A stretch of 64,000 bases of DNA. Origin: Anaerofustis sp. Its GTDB lineage: Bacteria > Bacillota > Clostridia > Eubacteriales > Anaerofustaceae. Numbering within the stretch: the first letter of the stretch is position 1; each line of letters opens with the position of its first letter. The notes beneath the pieces are model-generated. The model did not search any database, was not told the origin of the DNA, and was given only the letters and a program-made list of their open reading frames with translations. Made by a program: the position numbers and the translations under genes. Positions 35,172-45,362 of this stretch are shown one piece after another. The DNA is taken from contig NZ_JAHZIA010000027.1 in NCBI RefSeq assembly GCF_019420015.1, forward strand, positions 372-64,371. The letters run 5' to 3'.

Positions 35172-36239
35172 ATGTTAGATAAATTAAAATCTATTGAAAA
35201 AAGATTTAATGAAATAAGTAACGATATTTCAAACCCTGATATAATTAACAATCATGAATTATATACAAAATTAATAAAAGAACATTCACATCTGGAGCCT
35301 ATCGTAATCGCATATAAAAAATACGCCGATGTAATGGAACAATTGGAATCAAATAAAGAAATGCTTAACGAGAGCGACGATGATGATTTCAAGGAAATGA
35401 TTCTGGATGATATCTCATCTTTAAACACTCAAAAAGAAGAATTGGAAAAAGAAATAAAAATTCTTTTAATACCTAAAGATCCGAACGACGAAAAAAACGT
35501 AATCGTTGAAATACGTGCAGGTGTAGGAGGAGACGAAGCCGCTTTATTTGCAGGAGATTTACTCAGACTTTACACAAGATATGCAGAAAGAAACGGCTGG
35601 AAAGTTGAAATGCTTTCCACTAACGAAATCGGCATAGGCGGATATAAAGAAGCCGTATTTTCAATACAAGGGAAAGGCGCATATTCAAGACTGAAATATG
35701 AAAGCGGTACACACAGAGTACAAAGAATACCCGATACGGAATCAAGCGGCAGAATTCATACTTCCGCTATCACAGTAGCCGTACTGCCGGAAGCCGAAGA
35801 TGTCGAAGTAAATATCGACCCAAATGATTTAAGAATAGATGTTTACCGTTCAAGCGGCAACGGAGGACAAAGTGTAAACACGACCGACTCAGCCGTAAGA
35901 ATCACCCATATTCCTTCAGGTATAGTGGTTGCATGTCAGGACGAAAAATCCCAGCTTAAAAACAAAGATAAAGCATTAAAAATATTAAAAGCAAGAATAT
36001 TTGAAATAGAACAGAGAAAACAACAAGAAGCTATCGCAAGCAACAGAAAAAGCCAAATAGGAAGCGGAGACAGATCAGAAAGAATAAGAACATACAACTT
36101 CCCTCAAGGAAGAGTTACAGATCACAGAGTAGGCCTTACTCTTTACAAGCTAAATGATATACTCGATGGAGATATTGACGAATTCATCGATGCATTGATT
36201 GTACAGGATCAATCGGAACAAATGGGAATAGAAGAATAA
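35172..36239 (+). CDS. prfA: Peptide chain release factor 1
   Basis: GGQ motif ([20 protein letters not shown]) and a PxT-type tripeptide region ([16 protein letters not shown]). Confidence 0.95.
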   Translation: MLDKLKSIEKRFNEISNDISNPDIINNHELYTKLIKEHSHLEPIVIAYKKYADVMEQLESNKEMLNESDDDDFKEMILDDISSLNTQKEELEKEIKILLIPKDPNDEKNVIVEIRAGVGGDEAALFAGDLLRLYTRYAERNGWKVEMLSTNEIGIGGYKEAVFSIQGKGAYSRLKYESGTHRVQRIPDTESSGRIHTSAITVAVLPEAEDVEVNIDPNDLRIDVYRSSGNGGQSVNTTDSAVRITHIPSGIVVACQDEKSQLKNKDKALKILKARIFEIEQRKQQEAIASNRKSQIGSGDRSERIRTYNFPQGRVTDHRVGLTLYKLNDILDGDIDEFIDALIVQDQSEQMGIEE

Positions 36240-36266
36240 AAAAGGACTTTTAAAAGTCCTTTTTTA
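36238..36266. terminator. Bidirectional terminator between prfA and the convergent glucosaminidase gene
   Basis: AAAAAGGACTTTTAAAAGTCCTTTTT palindrome. Confidence 0.75.
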
Positions 36267-37292
36267 TAATTTATTTATTGCAGAATTCCTTCTACTGCTT
36301 ATAACCGAATAATAATTATACATATTCCTTGCAACTTTATCATCCCAAGTAGAACTTGAAGCGTATCTTTTGTTTACGGCACTGATTGTCTTACCGTTAT
36401 ACAGTGAACTGCCGGGTTTTAAATACCCCTCACTAAGCCCCTTTGCAACATCATATATATTATCTTCTTTTGTAGCATACCCTTTTGACCCATAACCAAA
36501 CATATTATTGGGTTTAAAACAGATTGTTCCGTTCGCACTCTCCATAGATGCTATCGCAACCAAGAATAAACAATTAACACCGTACTTCTCTTCAGCCCCC
36601 ACAAATGCCTCTTCCAATCCAACCAATCCCTGCCTTGTTATAAGTTTTAACTCAGATGCACTTACACCGCTTGTCTTACTCATATCCATATTATATATTT
36701 CATTTAAAGAATAGCTTTTCATTTTTTCATTCTTTTTGACTTTACGTACAGTATGTTTCCTCAAATTATCAGATATACTTACCTCTTTTGCATTCGACGC
36801 AATGTTTACGGCCTTTTGAGCTTCCGCTTTCATTGCTTTTTCTTTCATTGACCAATATTGAAATACACCTATCAAAGAAACCAAAATACAAATACATAAA
36901 GATAAAGCTATAACCTTTAAACTTTTCTTTTTAATTCTTTCTTTTGGCAATACATCTTTTAGCTCTTTCTCTATACCTTCCAACTCATGTTTAATTTCTT
37001 TAACGTCATTTATAATTAAGTTATCATCCTCAGTCTTTTCATCTATCTCTTTCAAAGAATCATTTGATATATCATCAATGGTTTCTTCTATCAATTTTTC
37101 GGTCTTTTCAATATTCAAAAGAGCATCTTCGAAAACCAAATCTTCACTGTCATAAGTACCTGTACTTTTAGATTTTTTATCTGTATCATCGTACTTATTC
37201 CTCATAAAACCGTGACGCTTCAAAAACTCTTTTTCCCTGCTGTTCAGCCTCATCGTTTTTTTTACTTTTATCTTTTTATCATTGTTATTCAT
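36264..37292 (-). CDS. Membrane-anchored glucosaminidase-domain peptidoglycan hydrolase
   Basis: Central TM. The C-terminal block VNCLFLVAIASMESANG...NMFGYG...Y resembles the mannosyl-glycoprotein endo-beta-N-acetylglucosaminidase (FlgJ-like) domain. Confidence 0.75.
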   Translation of the reverse strand: MNNNDKKIKVKKTMRLNSREKEFLKRHGFMRNKYDDTDKKSKSTGTYDSEDLVFEDALLNIEKTEKLIEETIDDISNDSLKEIDEKTEDDNLIINDVKEIKHELEGIEKELKDVLPKERIKKKSLKVIALSLCICILVSLIGVFQYWSMKEKAMKAEAQKAVNIASNAKEVSISDNLRKHTVRKVKKNEKMKSYSLNEIYNMDMSKTSGVSASELKLITRQGLVGLEEAFVGAEEKYGVNCLFLVAIASMESANGTICFKPNNMFGYGSKGYATKEDNIYDVAKGLSEGYLKPGSSLYNGKTISAVNKRYASSSTWDDKVARNMYNYYSVISSRRNSAINKL

Positions 37293-37429
37293 AAATATTT
37301 CCTTTTATAAAAATATCTTAAAGTAATTCAATTTTACTTCTTTTATACGAAAAAGTCAAAATTGAATAATTTTTGTTGAAAGATAGATATTTTAAATATA
37401 CAATATATCATAGAGAGGTTAATTAAATT

Positions 37430-38011
37430 ATGAAAAAAACAATATCAGTTTTATTATCGTTAATATTACTTATATGCCTTACAGGATGTACACTGATAAA
37501 ACCCGAAGATAAAGTTAATGAATTTTTATCAGCCGTAAAAACACAAGACAAAAACATCCTAATGGGATACGCTGATAATAAATATATCAATATGCTAGTA
37601 AACAATTCAGAAGACGAAAAAACATCAAATGAAATATATTCTAACTTATTTAAAAATTTAAACTATAAAATCATATCTTCATCAGTTGATGAAAAAAGCG
37701 AAGATGCAACTGTAAAAGTAGAAATATCAAATACAAGTTTTAAAAATGTATTTAAAAATTATGAAAAAAAATCTTATGATTATGTACTAAACAATCTTTA
37801 CTCCAAAACAAAAACAAAAAAATCAAACCTCAATAAAAAGTTCATGAAAATATTTTCGGATGAAATAATAAAAGCATCAAAATCAAAGAAAAAAGTAACA
37901 AAAACCATAAATATAAAACTTACAAAAAATGAAAATTACGGTTATGATTTAAAGCCCGACAAAAATCTAATAAATGCATTAACAGGCGGATTAATATCAT
38001 CTAAAAAATAA
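37430..38011 (+). CDS. Putative lipoprotein (DUF4878-like), unknown function
   Basis: Signal peptide with the lipobox LTGC. No catalytic motif. Confidence 0.6.
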   Translation: MKKTISVLLSLILLICLTGCTLIKPEDKVNEFLSAVKTQDKNILMGYADNKYINMLVNNSEDEKTSNEIYSNLFKNLNYKIISSSVDEKSEDATVKVEISNTSFKNVFKNYEKKSYDYVLNNLYSKTKTKKSNLNKKFMKIFSDEIIKASKSKKKVTKTINIKLTKNENYGYDLKPDKNLINALTGGLISSKK

Positions 38012-38014
38012 AAT

Positions 38015-38042
38015 AAAAAGGCACTGTACAGTGCCTTTTTAT
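38015..38042. terminator. Bidirectional terminator between convergent genes
   Basis: AAAAGGCACTG-TA-CAGTGCCTTTT palindrome. Confidence 0.8.
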
Positions 38043-38693
38043 TTATGCCATAGCTTCCTCTACTTTTTTAAATTTATCTGCGCCCACACCGCATACAGGG
38101 CATTTAAAATCAGCAGGAAGCGGATCCCCGTCATATACATATCCGCATACTGTACATACGTACTTCACATTACCGCTTTTCTTTTCTTCTTTTTCTGCAA
38201 TATATGTAGGTGCATTTTTTGGAGACTTACCTCTTATCACTTCGTGATAATAAGCATAAGTCATTTGTCTTCTCTTTTCGTCATATACTTCAGCTTCAAC
38301 AACTTTACCAAGAAATACCGTATGAGTTTCTGTTTCCATTTTATCTATGACCTCACAAACCACATATCCGGCACTGTCTTTGACAACGGGAACTCCCTCA
38401 ACCATTTCGTAATCTATTCCATCAAATTTATCATTATCTTTACCCGATTTAAAACCGAAATTTCCGATTAAGGTCGAATCGGAGTCTTCTGCAAGTATAG
38501 AAAAAGCAAATTTACCGCTTTTTTCTATACAAGAGTTTGTGTAGTTGTTATGATTAACACTTACCGCTATCGTTGCAGGGTCCGATGTTATCTGCATTAT
38601 ACTGTTTGTAATACATCCCGTAGGTCTGTTACCATCCATAGTAGAAGTTACATACACACCGTAAGACATTTTTCTAAAAATATTAATATTCAT
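38043..38693 (-). CDS. Flavin reductase-like domain fused to a C-terminal rubredoxin (high-molecular-weight rubredoxin type)
   Basis: N-terminus [21 protein letters not shown] (flavin reductase fold). C-terminus [25 protein letters not shown] (rubredoxin CxxC x2). Confidence 0.85.
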   Translation of the reverse strand: MNINIFRKMSYGVYVTSTMDGNRPTGCITNSIMQITSDPATIAVSVNHNNYTNSCIEKSGKFAFSILAEDSDSTLIGNFGFKSGKDNDKFDGIDYEMVEGVPVVKDSAGYVVCEVIDKMETETHTVFLGKVVEAEVYDEKRRQMTYAYYHEVIRGKSPKNAPTYIAEKEEKKSGNVKYVCTVCGYVYDGDPLPADFKCPVCGVGADKFKKVEEAMA

Positions 38694-38776
38694 ATTTCCA
38701 TCCTCATTTCTTTCTATTTAACTATATTTTATTATCTCTTTTATCCAATTATTACTGCCATTTATTTTATTCCATT

Positions 38777-39538
38777 TTAACTCATTGTAGCACCATCAAC
38801 AGAAAGTACAACGCCGGTAATATAACTTGCAAGGTCGCTTGCCAAAAACAAAAAAGCATTCGCAATATCTTCAGGTTCACCTATCCTACCTAAAGGTATA
38901 GTTGCTATTAAAGGCTTAATCATTTCTTCGGGAAGAGCCGCAACCATATCCGTATTTGTAACGCCAGGGGCAACCGCATTTACCCTTATATTATCTTTCC
39001 CAAGCTCTCTTGCCAACGATTTTGTCATACCGTTTATGGCAAATTTTGATGCAGGATATCCGACTCCGGCAGGTTGTCCATAAATACTAACCATCGAACT
39101 GGTATTAAGAATCACTCCCCCACCTTGCTCTTTCATAATCTTTGCAACTTCTTTTGATGCATTAAAAGCCGCAGTGACGTTTAAATTCATTATCTTCTCA
39201 AAATCTTCTAATTTATACTCATATAGACTTTCTCTTGCAGAAATCCCAGCATTATTCACAAGAATATCGATTTTCCCATACTCTTTCTTAATCTTTGCAA
39301 AAGTATTTTTCATATCCTCTTCATCCGTAAGTTTTGGATACATTCCATTTATATCATAATCCTTGTTTTCGCATTTCAATTTATCTAAAGCTTTATCAAC
39401 AGTATCTTTTCTTGAGCCAAATAAAATAACTTTCGCACCATTATCCAAAAACTTTTTTACCGTAGCAAACCCTATTCCTCTGGTTCCTCCGGTCACCACC
39501 GCAACTTTACCTTCCAACATTTTATACATTTCTTTCAC
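38777..39538 (-). CDS. SDR-family oxidoreductase (FabG/hydroxysteroid dehydrogenase-like)
   Basis: TGGTRGIG, NNAG and a YPASK catalytic motif. Confidence 0.85.
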   Translation of the reverse strand: MKEMYKMLEGKVAVVTGGTRGIGFATVKKFLDNGAKVILFGSRKDTVDKALDKLKCENKDYDINGMYPKLTDEEDMKNTFAKIKKEYGKIDILVNNAGISARESLYEYKLEDFEKIMNLNVTAAFNASKEVAKIMKEQGGGVILNTSSMVSIYGQPAGVGYPASKFAINGMTKSLARELGKDNIRVNAVAPGVTNTDMVAALPEEMIKPLIATIPLGRIGEPEDIANAFLFLASDLASYITGVVLSVDGATMS

Positions 39539-39976
39539 CTCCGTTTATTAATATATTTTCCTCTAATATTACTTTTAATACAGTCACTATATCTTTAAAT
39601 TAACTATACATCTTTTACCAAAAATTGTCAAGTAAATTATAATGGTTCTAATTTAATTTTAATAATAACATCCGACCTTCTATGAAATAAATAAAAAAAC
39701 TTTGAATAATAAATTCAAAGTTTAATAATTTCTTATAATACAAATCAAAAATATAATATTAAAAATATCCAGTAATTTTTCATCAAATATGCTAATAAAA
39801 ATATTCCTATTACTTATTCAATATTTTTTATTTTAGGCGCAGAATTCTTTTTTGATTATCTCCTATCCCTTTTAATATTTCAAAATAGAATTAATTATTC
39901 ATATAATGTCCATACACTTTATAGTATACATAAAAATTTATTTTTTAATATAATTTTACTTCTATCTATAAATTTA

Positions 39977-40006
39977 TTGACTTAAAAAAAAAAAATAGTC
40001 TAAAAT
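39977..40006 (+). promoter_or_regulatory. Putative promoter whose spacer contains an A12 homopolymer
   Basis: TTGACT (39977-82), an 18-nt spacer T-A12-TAGTC, TAAAAT (40001-06). It lies about 370 nt upstream of the lipoprotein gene. Confidence 0.3.
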
Positions 40007-40376
40007 ATAAACAAACAAAAAAATACAAAAGAATATATAATTAAGGGAATCCCAAAGAAATATGAATACATACTATACAAATGTTCATTAGCAATTAAAA
40101 AATATTTTAGAATAAGGATAAATGACTTTATATCAAAAATCATTATATAAATATTAAAACACCTTATTTAATTATTTAAAAGATTTTATAACATAAAATC
40201 TCATTAATATAGCAATCCTAAAATAAAAAAGATAATAGTAATATTATAACTCTACTCAAATCTTTTTAAAACAAAACTAATATAAAAACAATATAATAAA
40301 ACTTTTGCAAATGAAATAAAAACATAAGATCATTAATTTATTTAAAATTACATTTATATAAAAGGAGGGAGTAATT

Positions 40377-40913
40377 ATGAAAAAATTTTTATCGATTTTA
40401 CTAGTATTGATGTTAGGTATTGGAATTTTATCAGGTTGCAAAGGGGAAGAAAGACAATCTGATGCAGCACATACAGAAACAACAGAAAAAAGTAAAAATG
40501 AAATTCCAACCATAAAAGGATCAAATTCTGAAGAAGTTCTTTTAGCAATGAAAAAAATGGGCTTTCCAGAAGCAAAAGGACACGTAACCGATACAGGTAT
40601 TATTTATCAAGAAACTAATGGCATATACAGTTACGACATGGACATTGTTCATAAATCCAATGAAATTTCTTTTATAAATTTTATTGTTACCAAAGATAAA
40701 AAAGGCAAAGAAATTCTTCCTGTATTTGCTACACTTGTTCATTCAGAGGACATATCTCAAGAAAAAGCAGAGAAATGGGTAAAAAATAATATTGGTAAAA
40801 AAACTAAAAAAACTTTTGGCAATACGACCTTTTCTATATATCAAACTAATACATCATATATCTTGGAAATAAAGAATAAGGATTACGAAGATGTTGTAAA
40901 ATATAATTTATAA
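40377..40913 (+). CDS. Putative lipoprotein, unknown function
   Basis: Signal peptide with the lipobox LSGC, a strong AAGGAGGG RBS and a terminator downstream. Confidence 0.6.
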   Translation: MKKFLSILLVLMLGIGILSGCKGEERQSDAAHTETTEKSKNEIPTIKGSNSEEVLLAMKKMGFPEAKGHVTDTGIIYQETNGIYSYDMDIVHKSNEISFINFIVTKDKKGKEILPVFATLVHSEDISQEKAEKWVKNNIGKKTKKTFGNTTFSIYQTNTSYILEIKNKDYEDVVKYNL

Positions 40914-40990
40914 AAACATTGTAACTAAGTAATTTTACACCAATAAATACATTTAATTAATTTATATATTATTAAAGTACGTCATCAGAT

Positions 40991-41022
40991 AAAAGAGCTT
41001 ACAGAGGTAAGCTCTTTTTTTT
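40991..41022 (+). terminator. Intrinsic terminator after the lipoprotein gene
   Basis: AAAAGAGCTTAC-AGAG-GTAAGCTCTTTT plus a T-run. Confidence 0.8.
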
Positions 41023-41238
41023 AATACATAATAAAAACAAAAAAACAAAGCAATATAAAAAATACAGTTGTTAAGAAAAAAATATCATATAAAAATTTCT
41101 TATTATAAAGAAAATAAGCAAATTTAATTATCAATGGTAAATTTGTTGAAATATTATTCATAAAAATATAACTAAAAATACCGCACTTTTGACCGCACTT
41201 TTAATTATTTGAACATATAATTAAAATATTTCATAAAA

Positions 41239-41261
41239 TAAAAAAAGGCTTGAAAGCCTTT
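41239..41261 (-). terminator. Intrinsic terminator after the tRNA-Ser pair
   Basis: Minus strand: AAAGGCT-TTCA-AGCCTTT followed by TTTTT. Confidence 0.65.
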
Positions 41262-41309
41262 AATATAACGCATTTAGATATTTTATTTATTTCACTAAAT
41301 AATAAATAG

Positions 41310-41401
41310 TGGCGGAGAAGGAGGGATTTGAACCCTCGCGCCGCTTGCGCGACCTATACCCTTAGCAGGGGCACCTCTTCGGCCAACTTGAGTACTTCTC
41401 C
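41310..41401 (-). tRNA. tRNA-Ser (anticodon GCU), CCA encoded
   Basis: The reverse complement GGAGAAGTACTCAAGTTGGCCGAAGAGG...CCCCTGCTAAGGG...long variable arm...GAGGGTTCAAATCCCTCCTTCTCCGCCA folds as a cloverleaf with anticodon loop CTGCTAA. Confidence 0.9.
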
Positions 41402-41443
41402 GTAATCCGAATAAAAAAAAAGATATTAAATTTATTATCTTAA

Positions 41444-41532
41444 TGGCCGAGAGGGTGGGATTCGAACCCACGTGGGCTTGCACCCTAACGGTTTTCAAGA
41501 CCGCCCCGTTATGACCACTTCGGTACCTCTCG
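41444..41532 (-). tRNA. tRNA-Ser (anticodon UGA), CCA encoded
   Basis: Reverse complement ..CGAGAGGTACCGAAGTGGTCATAACGGGGCGGTCTTGAAAACCGTTAGGGTGCAAGCCCACGTGGGTTCGAATCCCACCCTCTCGGCCA. Anticodon loop CTTGAAA, long variable arm. The exact 5' end is uncertain by 1 nt. Confidence 0.88.
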
Positions 41533-41605
41533 GAATTCATTAAGCTCAATTATATTATCATATACTTACCCTTTTGTCAATAATATATACGATAATTTTT
41601 TATAT

Positions 41606-42418
41606 TTATTTCTTACCGCTCATTTCCAAAGTCTTGTTTATGCTTTCAAGAAGAGCATCTATTACAATACCGCGAAATCCGGAATACTCCAAAGAGTTCA
41701 CACCTTTTATCGTAGTACCACCAGGAGAACATACGGCATCTTTTAATTTGCCCGGATGTTCACCAGTTTCCAAAACCATTTTTGCTGAACCCATTACCAT
41801 CTGTGCCGCAAGTTTATATGCCATATCTCTTCCAACACCACTTTCAACAGCAGCATCTGCCAAAGCCTCAATAAACATATAAACATAAGCAGGGCCACAT
41901 CCGCTTAAGCTCCCTGCAGTGTCAATAAGGCTTTCATCAACCCTTTCACTTTTGCCAAAACTGTTGAAAATATTTATAACATCATCAACATCTTCATCTG
42001 TTGCATTCTCATTCGGACATATAAGCCCCATACCTTCCATTACCAAAGCCGGAGTATTTGGCATTGTTCTTACAAGCCTTATGCTTTTACCAAACATATT
42101 TTCAATATTTTCTATACTTTGCCCTGCGGCAATGGTTACAATAAGTTTACTCTCATCAACGATATCTTTGATTTCATCTATTACTGTTTTATAAATATGA
42201 GGTTTTACAGACAGAAACACTATATCGGAGTTTTCAACCACGACTTTATTATCTTTTGTGATATTAACACCGTATTTTTCTTTCAATTTTTCTAAAGAAG
42301 ATGTTGACATATCACCTGCAGTAATATCTTTACCCTTAACAAGCTCAGAATTTAAAATACCGCCAATTATAGCCGAACCCATATTTCCTACACCTATAAA
42401 TCCTATTCTTTTATTCAT
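41606..42418 (-). CDS. proC: Pyrroline-5-carboxylate reductase
   Basis: IGFIGVGNMGSAI N-terminus and a C-terminal SPGGTTIKGV motif. Confidence 0.93.
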   Translation of the reverse strand: MNKRIGFIGVGNMGSAIIGGILNSELVKGKDITAGDMSTSSLEKLKEKYGVNITKDNKVVVENSDIVFLSVKPHIYKTVIDEIKDIVDESKLIVTIAAGQSIENIENMFGKSIRLVRTMPNTPALVMEGMGLICPNENATDEDVDDVINIFNSFGKSERVDESLIDTAGSLSGCGPAYVYMFIEALADAAVESGVGRDMAYKLAAQMVMGSAKMVLETGEHPGKLKDAVCSPGGTTIKGVNSLEYSGFRGIVIDALLESINKTLEMSGKK

Positions 42419-42450
42419 TATGTATTCTCCTTTTAATTAAATAATATATT

Positions 42451-43170
42451 TTAAAATAAAAACCAAGTATTTGAATATTTAAAATCCTTTTTTATAATTC
42501 TCGAATAATCATCATAATCGGGACATACTTTATACAGCATATTATAAAACCCCTTTTGATGATTCATTTGTTTTATATGACACATCTCATGAAATATAAC
42601 ACTTTTTATTATATCTTTATTGTATTTTATCAAACATAAATTCAAGCATATAGTGTTTGTTTTTAAAGAATAACTGCCTAGTCTAGACTTCATCAATTTA
42701 ATCTTCAAATTAAAATCTTTTTTTATTTTAAATCTTTCCATTTCTGCCATACAAGAATTTATCAACTCATCATTTAATAAATTGACAAATATCTCTTTTA
42801 AATATTCGTTGATAATTTTTATTTGCTCAGAAATATCTTCATATTCGGTAAATATATACAATATTTTATCTTTAATTTCAATTATATTTTTATTCGATTT
42901 TATTATCCTAATAAGGTACTCTCTTCCCAGTATAGATATATTTTTACAGTCTAAATCTTTGATATGACTATTTTTTGACATATCATCAATTCTCTTTTTT
43001 ATCCACGGTTCTTTTTGTTTTAAAAGAGCATATATATAATCATTTTCTATATTTTTATTTGCATTTACAACAACATTTAAATCATCATCTATACGAATAT
43101 AGATATTCTTTATATTTTTTCTGTTTATTATAACATTATAATCAAACATATATGTTATAACCTCTGTCAT
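42451..43170 (-). CDS. YgjP-like M48/DUF45-family metal-dependent hydrolase
   Basis: HEMCH zinc motif near the C-terminus, with size and layout typical of DUF45. Confidence 0.7.
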   Translation of the reverse strand: MTEVITYMFDYNVIINRKNIKNIYIRIDDDLNVVVNANKNIENDYIYALLKQKEPWIKKRIDDMSKNSHIKDLDCKNISILGREYLIRIIKSNKNIIEIKDKILYIFTEYEDISEQIKIINEYLKEIFVNLLNDELINSCMAEMERFKIKKDFNLKIKLMKSRLGSYSLKTNTICLNLCLIKYNKDIIKSVIFHEMCHIKQMNHQKGFYNMLYKVCPDYDDYSRIIKKDFKYSNTWFLF

Positions 43171-43289
43171 ATTATTTTTATTATTTGTGTTTTTTATCTT
43201 TATAAAAACACAATAAACAATCTTATTATTTTTAGTTTAAAGAAGTAAAAATAAAATTTGTGTATATTATTATAACATATTTTAAACTT

Positions 43290-44198
43290 CTAATGAAAAT
43301 GCTTTTTTATCATATAATAACAGAATATTATAACTGCTATGCTTAAAAGTATAACCCCTACATACCCATATTTCCAGGTGATTTCCGGCATGTAAACAAA
43401 ATTCATTCCATACCATCCGACAATAAGCGTAAGAGGAGAAAAAACAGCAGTAATAATAGTCAGAGTCTGCATTGTTCTGTTTTGTCTTATATCCGCCTGA
43501 GCCTGATACAAATCCCTCAGATGTCTTGTGTACTCCATTAAAGTATCCACTTTGCTGTTGAGCCTGCTTACCTTATTCGTAAAAATCTTAAACAATCCCT
43601 TATAAGCATTTTCAAAAATATCTTCTTCATTTTCTTCAAATACCAACCCCATTTCTATAAGCTGATCGTAATAATTATTTAAAATTAGAAGCTGACGCTT
43701 CATGTTTACTATCATATAATTGAAGTTTTTCAAATCTCCGGTAAGAACCCTGTCTTCAAGTTCATTAATATTTGTTTCAAAATGTTCCAAATAATTTAAA
43801 TCATTGCTAATTAAAATATCCAGAAAATCATACAAAAAATGAGCTATCGATGGATTCTTCCATTCTCTTCTTTCTTTTAATCTGTCTATTATCGGTTTTA
43901 CTACATTGTCATTATCTATAAAATACATTCTGTGCTTTTTTATGTAGTATCCGAATTTTCCCTGAAATCCACCTTTACCCATCTTCGGAATGTAAAACGT
44001 GCCTACTATAATATCTCTGTAAACTTCTGATTTGGAAAAACTTATTTTATTAAAATCTATATAATTACTGTATATATCATTTTTTTTACATACTTCTTTC
44101 CACTCCTCAAAAGTAAGAACCACAATTACATCTTCCTTATCCGAAAGATTTTCTATACTGCCAATTTGCTCAAGCTCTCTGTTAAGCTTAAAATACAT
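43290..44198 (-). CDS. corA: CorA-family divalent cation (Mg2+/Co2+) transporter
   Basis: GWYGMNF (GMN motif) between two C-terminal TM helices. The ATG at 44196-98 has a GGGGTGA RBS; the ORF track starts 15 nt further upstream. Confidence 0.88.
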   Translation of the reverse strand: MYFKLNRELEQIGSIENLSDKEDVIVVLTFEEWKEVCKKNDIYSNYIDFNKISFSKSEVYRDIIVGTFYIPKMGKGGFQGKFGYYIKKHRMYFIDNDNVVKPIIDRLKERREWKNPSIAHFLYDFLDILISNDLNYLEHFETNINELEDRVLTGDLKNFNYMIVNMKRQLLILNNYYDQLIEMGLVFEENEEDIFENAYKGLFKIFTNKVSRLNSKVDTLMEYTRHLRDLYQAQADIRQNRTMQTLTIITAVFSPLTLIVGWYGMNFVYMPEITWKYGYVGVILLSIAVIIFCYYMIKKHFH

Positions 44199-44278
44199 AT
44201 TATCACCCCACATAGCAATATCATAAACTTACTTTTATCTTATTATACCCCAAACAAAAAAATATCCATATATAATAT

Positions 44279-44311
44279 AAAAAAGAATATGACAATTCAT
44301 ATTCTTTTTTA
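44279..44311 (-). terminator. Intrinsic terminator after ridA
   Basis: AAAAGAATATGA-CAAT-TCATATTCTTTT palindrome with T-runs. Confidence 0.75.
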
Positions 44312-44357
44312 TTAATCTTATAATATTAAATAAACACAAAAAATATATTTAATATAT

Positions 44358-44729
44358 TTAAATAATTGCCACTACTTCAACTTCAACAAGAACGTCTTTT
44401 GGCAGTCTGCTGACTTCAACACACGAACGGGCGGGTTTGCTTACAAAATACTCTGCATACACTTCGTTAAAATCGGCAAAATCCTCTATATCACTCAAAA
44501 AACAAGTTGTCTTTACTACCTTTGAAAAGTCAATACCCGCCGCTTTTAATATTTCACCTATATTTTCACAAACTCTCTTAGCCTGTACTTTTATGTCTCC
44601 TTTTATTATCTCACCGCTTTGTGGAATAATCGGAATCTGACCAGATGCATATAACATACCATTTACAATAATTCCTTGAGAATACGGACCTATTGCCGCA
44701 GGTGCTTTCTTTGTTGATATTACTTTCAT
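44358..44729 (-). CDS. ridA: RidA/YjgF-family reactive enamine/imine deaminase
   Basis: AIGPYSQG..., GQIP, ...[19 protein letters not shown] typical of the family. Confidence 0.92.
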   Translation of the reverse strand: MKVISTKKAPAAIGPYSQGIIVNGMLYASGQIPIIPQSGEIIKGDIKVQAKRVCENIGEILKAAGIDFSKVVKTTCFLSDIEDFADFNEVYAEYFVSKPARSCVEVSRLPKDVLVEVEVVAII

Positions 44730-45164
44730 ATAAAATCTCCTCCATAAATTATTGATATATAAATTGATTTATTTAAGATTTATCAATATATTTTATAATG
44801 CTATTAACGTAAAAAATATGTGTGTTATTTTTAATTTTTCATTTACCATTCTAAGCATTTTCAATAATAATTCAAATATTTTATCACATTAAAAGCCTTA
44901 TTGTTTTGAAATCAATTATAAACCTATTTATACTTATTATCAATAATAATCAAATGCTTTTCCATAAAAGTTTATTGAATATTTAAACTAATTACAAATA
45001 GAAAAAATATAAACTAACAGATTTTATATAATCAGTTATTCATAACCTTAAAAACTTTAAAAGAAAATGTTATCACTTAATAATCAAGATTTCATTTGTC
45101 ACAATAAAAAGTTTTTTTGAATATATTATAAATGAAACAAATCTTATAAAGGAGGATTTAACAA

Positions 45165-45362
45165 TTGAATGAAAGAAAATACAAACCATTGGTTCCTTAT
45201 ATGCCTTTAATACCAAAAGTTGCAAATGCATATGTACCTTTTCAACTGAATACGGATATGTATTCTCCTCATGAAGGATTAATGCAGCATGGAACCATGT
45301 TTGAAGCTTTATATTCACCATTTGAAGGAAATGTAAAAGGGAGTGACGTAATATGCAAATAG
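45165..45362 (+). CDS. cotJA: Spore coat-associated protein CotJA
   Basis: LANAYVPFQ...Y.P.EGL..GT.F..L..P pattern. TTG start 9 nt after AAGGAGG. First gene of a cotJABC triplet. Confidence 0.85.
   Translation: MNERKYKPLVPYMPLIPKVANAYVPFQLNTDMYSPHEGLMQHGTMFEALYSPFEGNVKGSDVICK

Noticed and set aside
38031-38471. 146-aa plus-strand ORF overlapping the flavin reductase-rubredoxin gene. The same class includes the antisense ORFs 2183..2686, 5519..5995, 7619..7894, 16238..16576, 17152..17586, 24293..24631 and 41574..41882.
   Set aside because: All lie antisense to genes with strong family signatures, lack an RBS, and translate to low-complexity Ser/Phe/Leu/Ile-rich sequences typical of the reverse frames of AT-rich genes.
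39539-41309. Integrated mobile element at the tRNA-Ser 3' end
   Set aside because: The region has no integrase, recombinase or transposase ORF. I could not find a direct repeat of the tRNA 3' end (…GGAGGGATTTGAACC…) there. It is kept only as an AT-rich island observation.
41295-41549. 84-aa minus-strand ORF in the ORF track
   Set aside because: It is entirely composed of the two tRNA-Ser genes and their spacer. The GC-rich tRNA sequence simply lacks stops.
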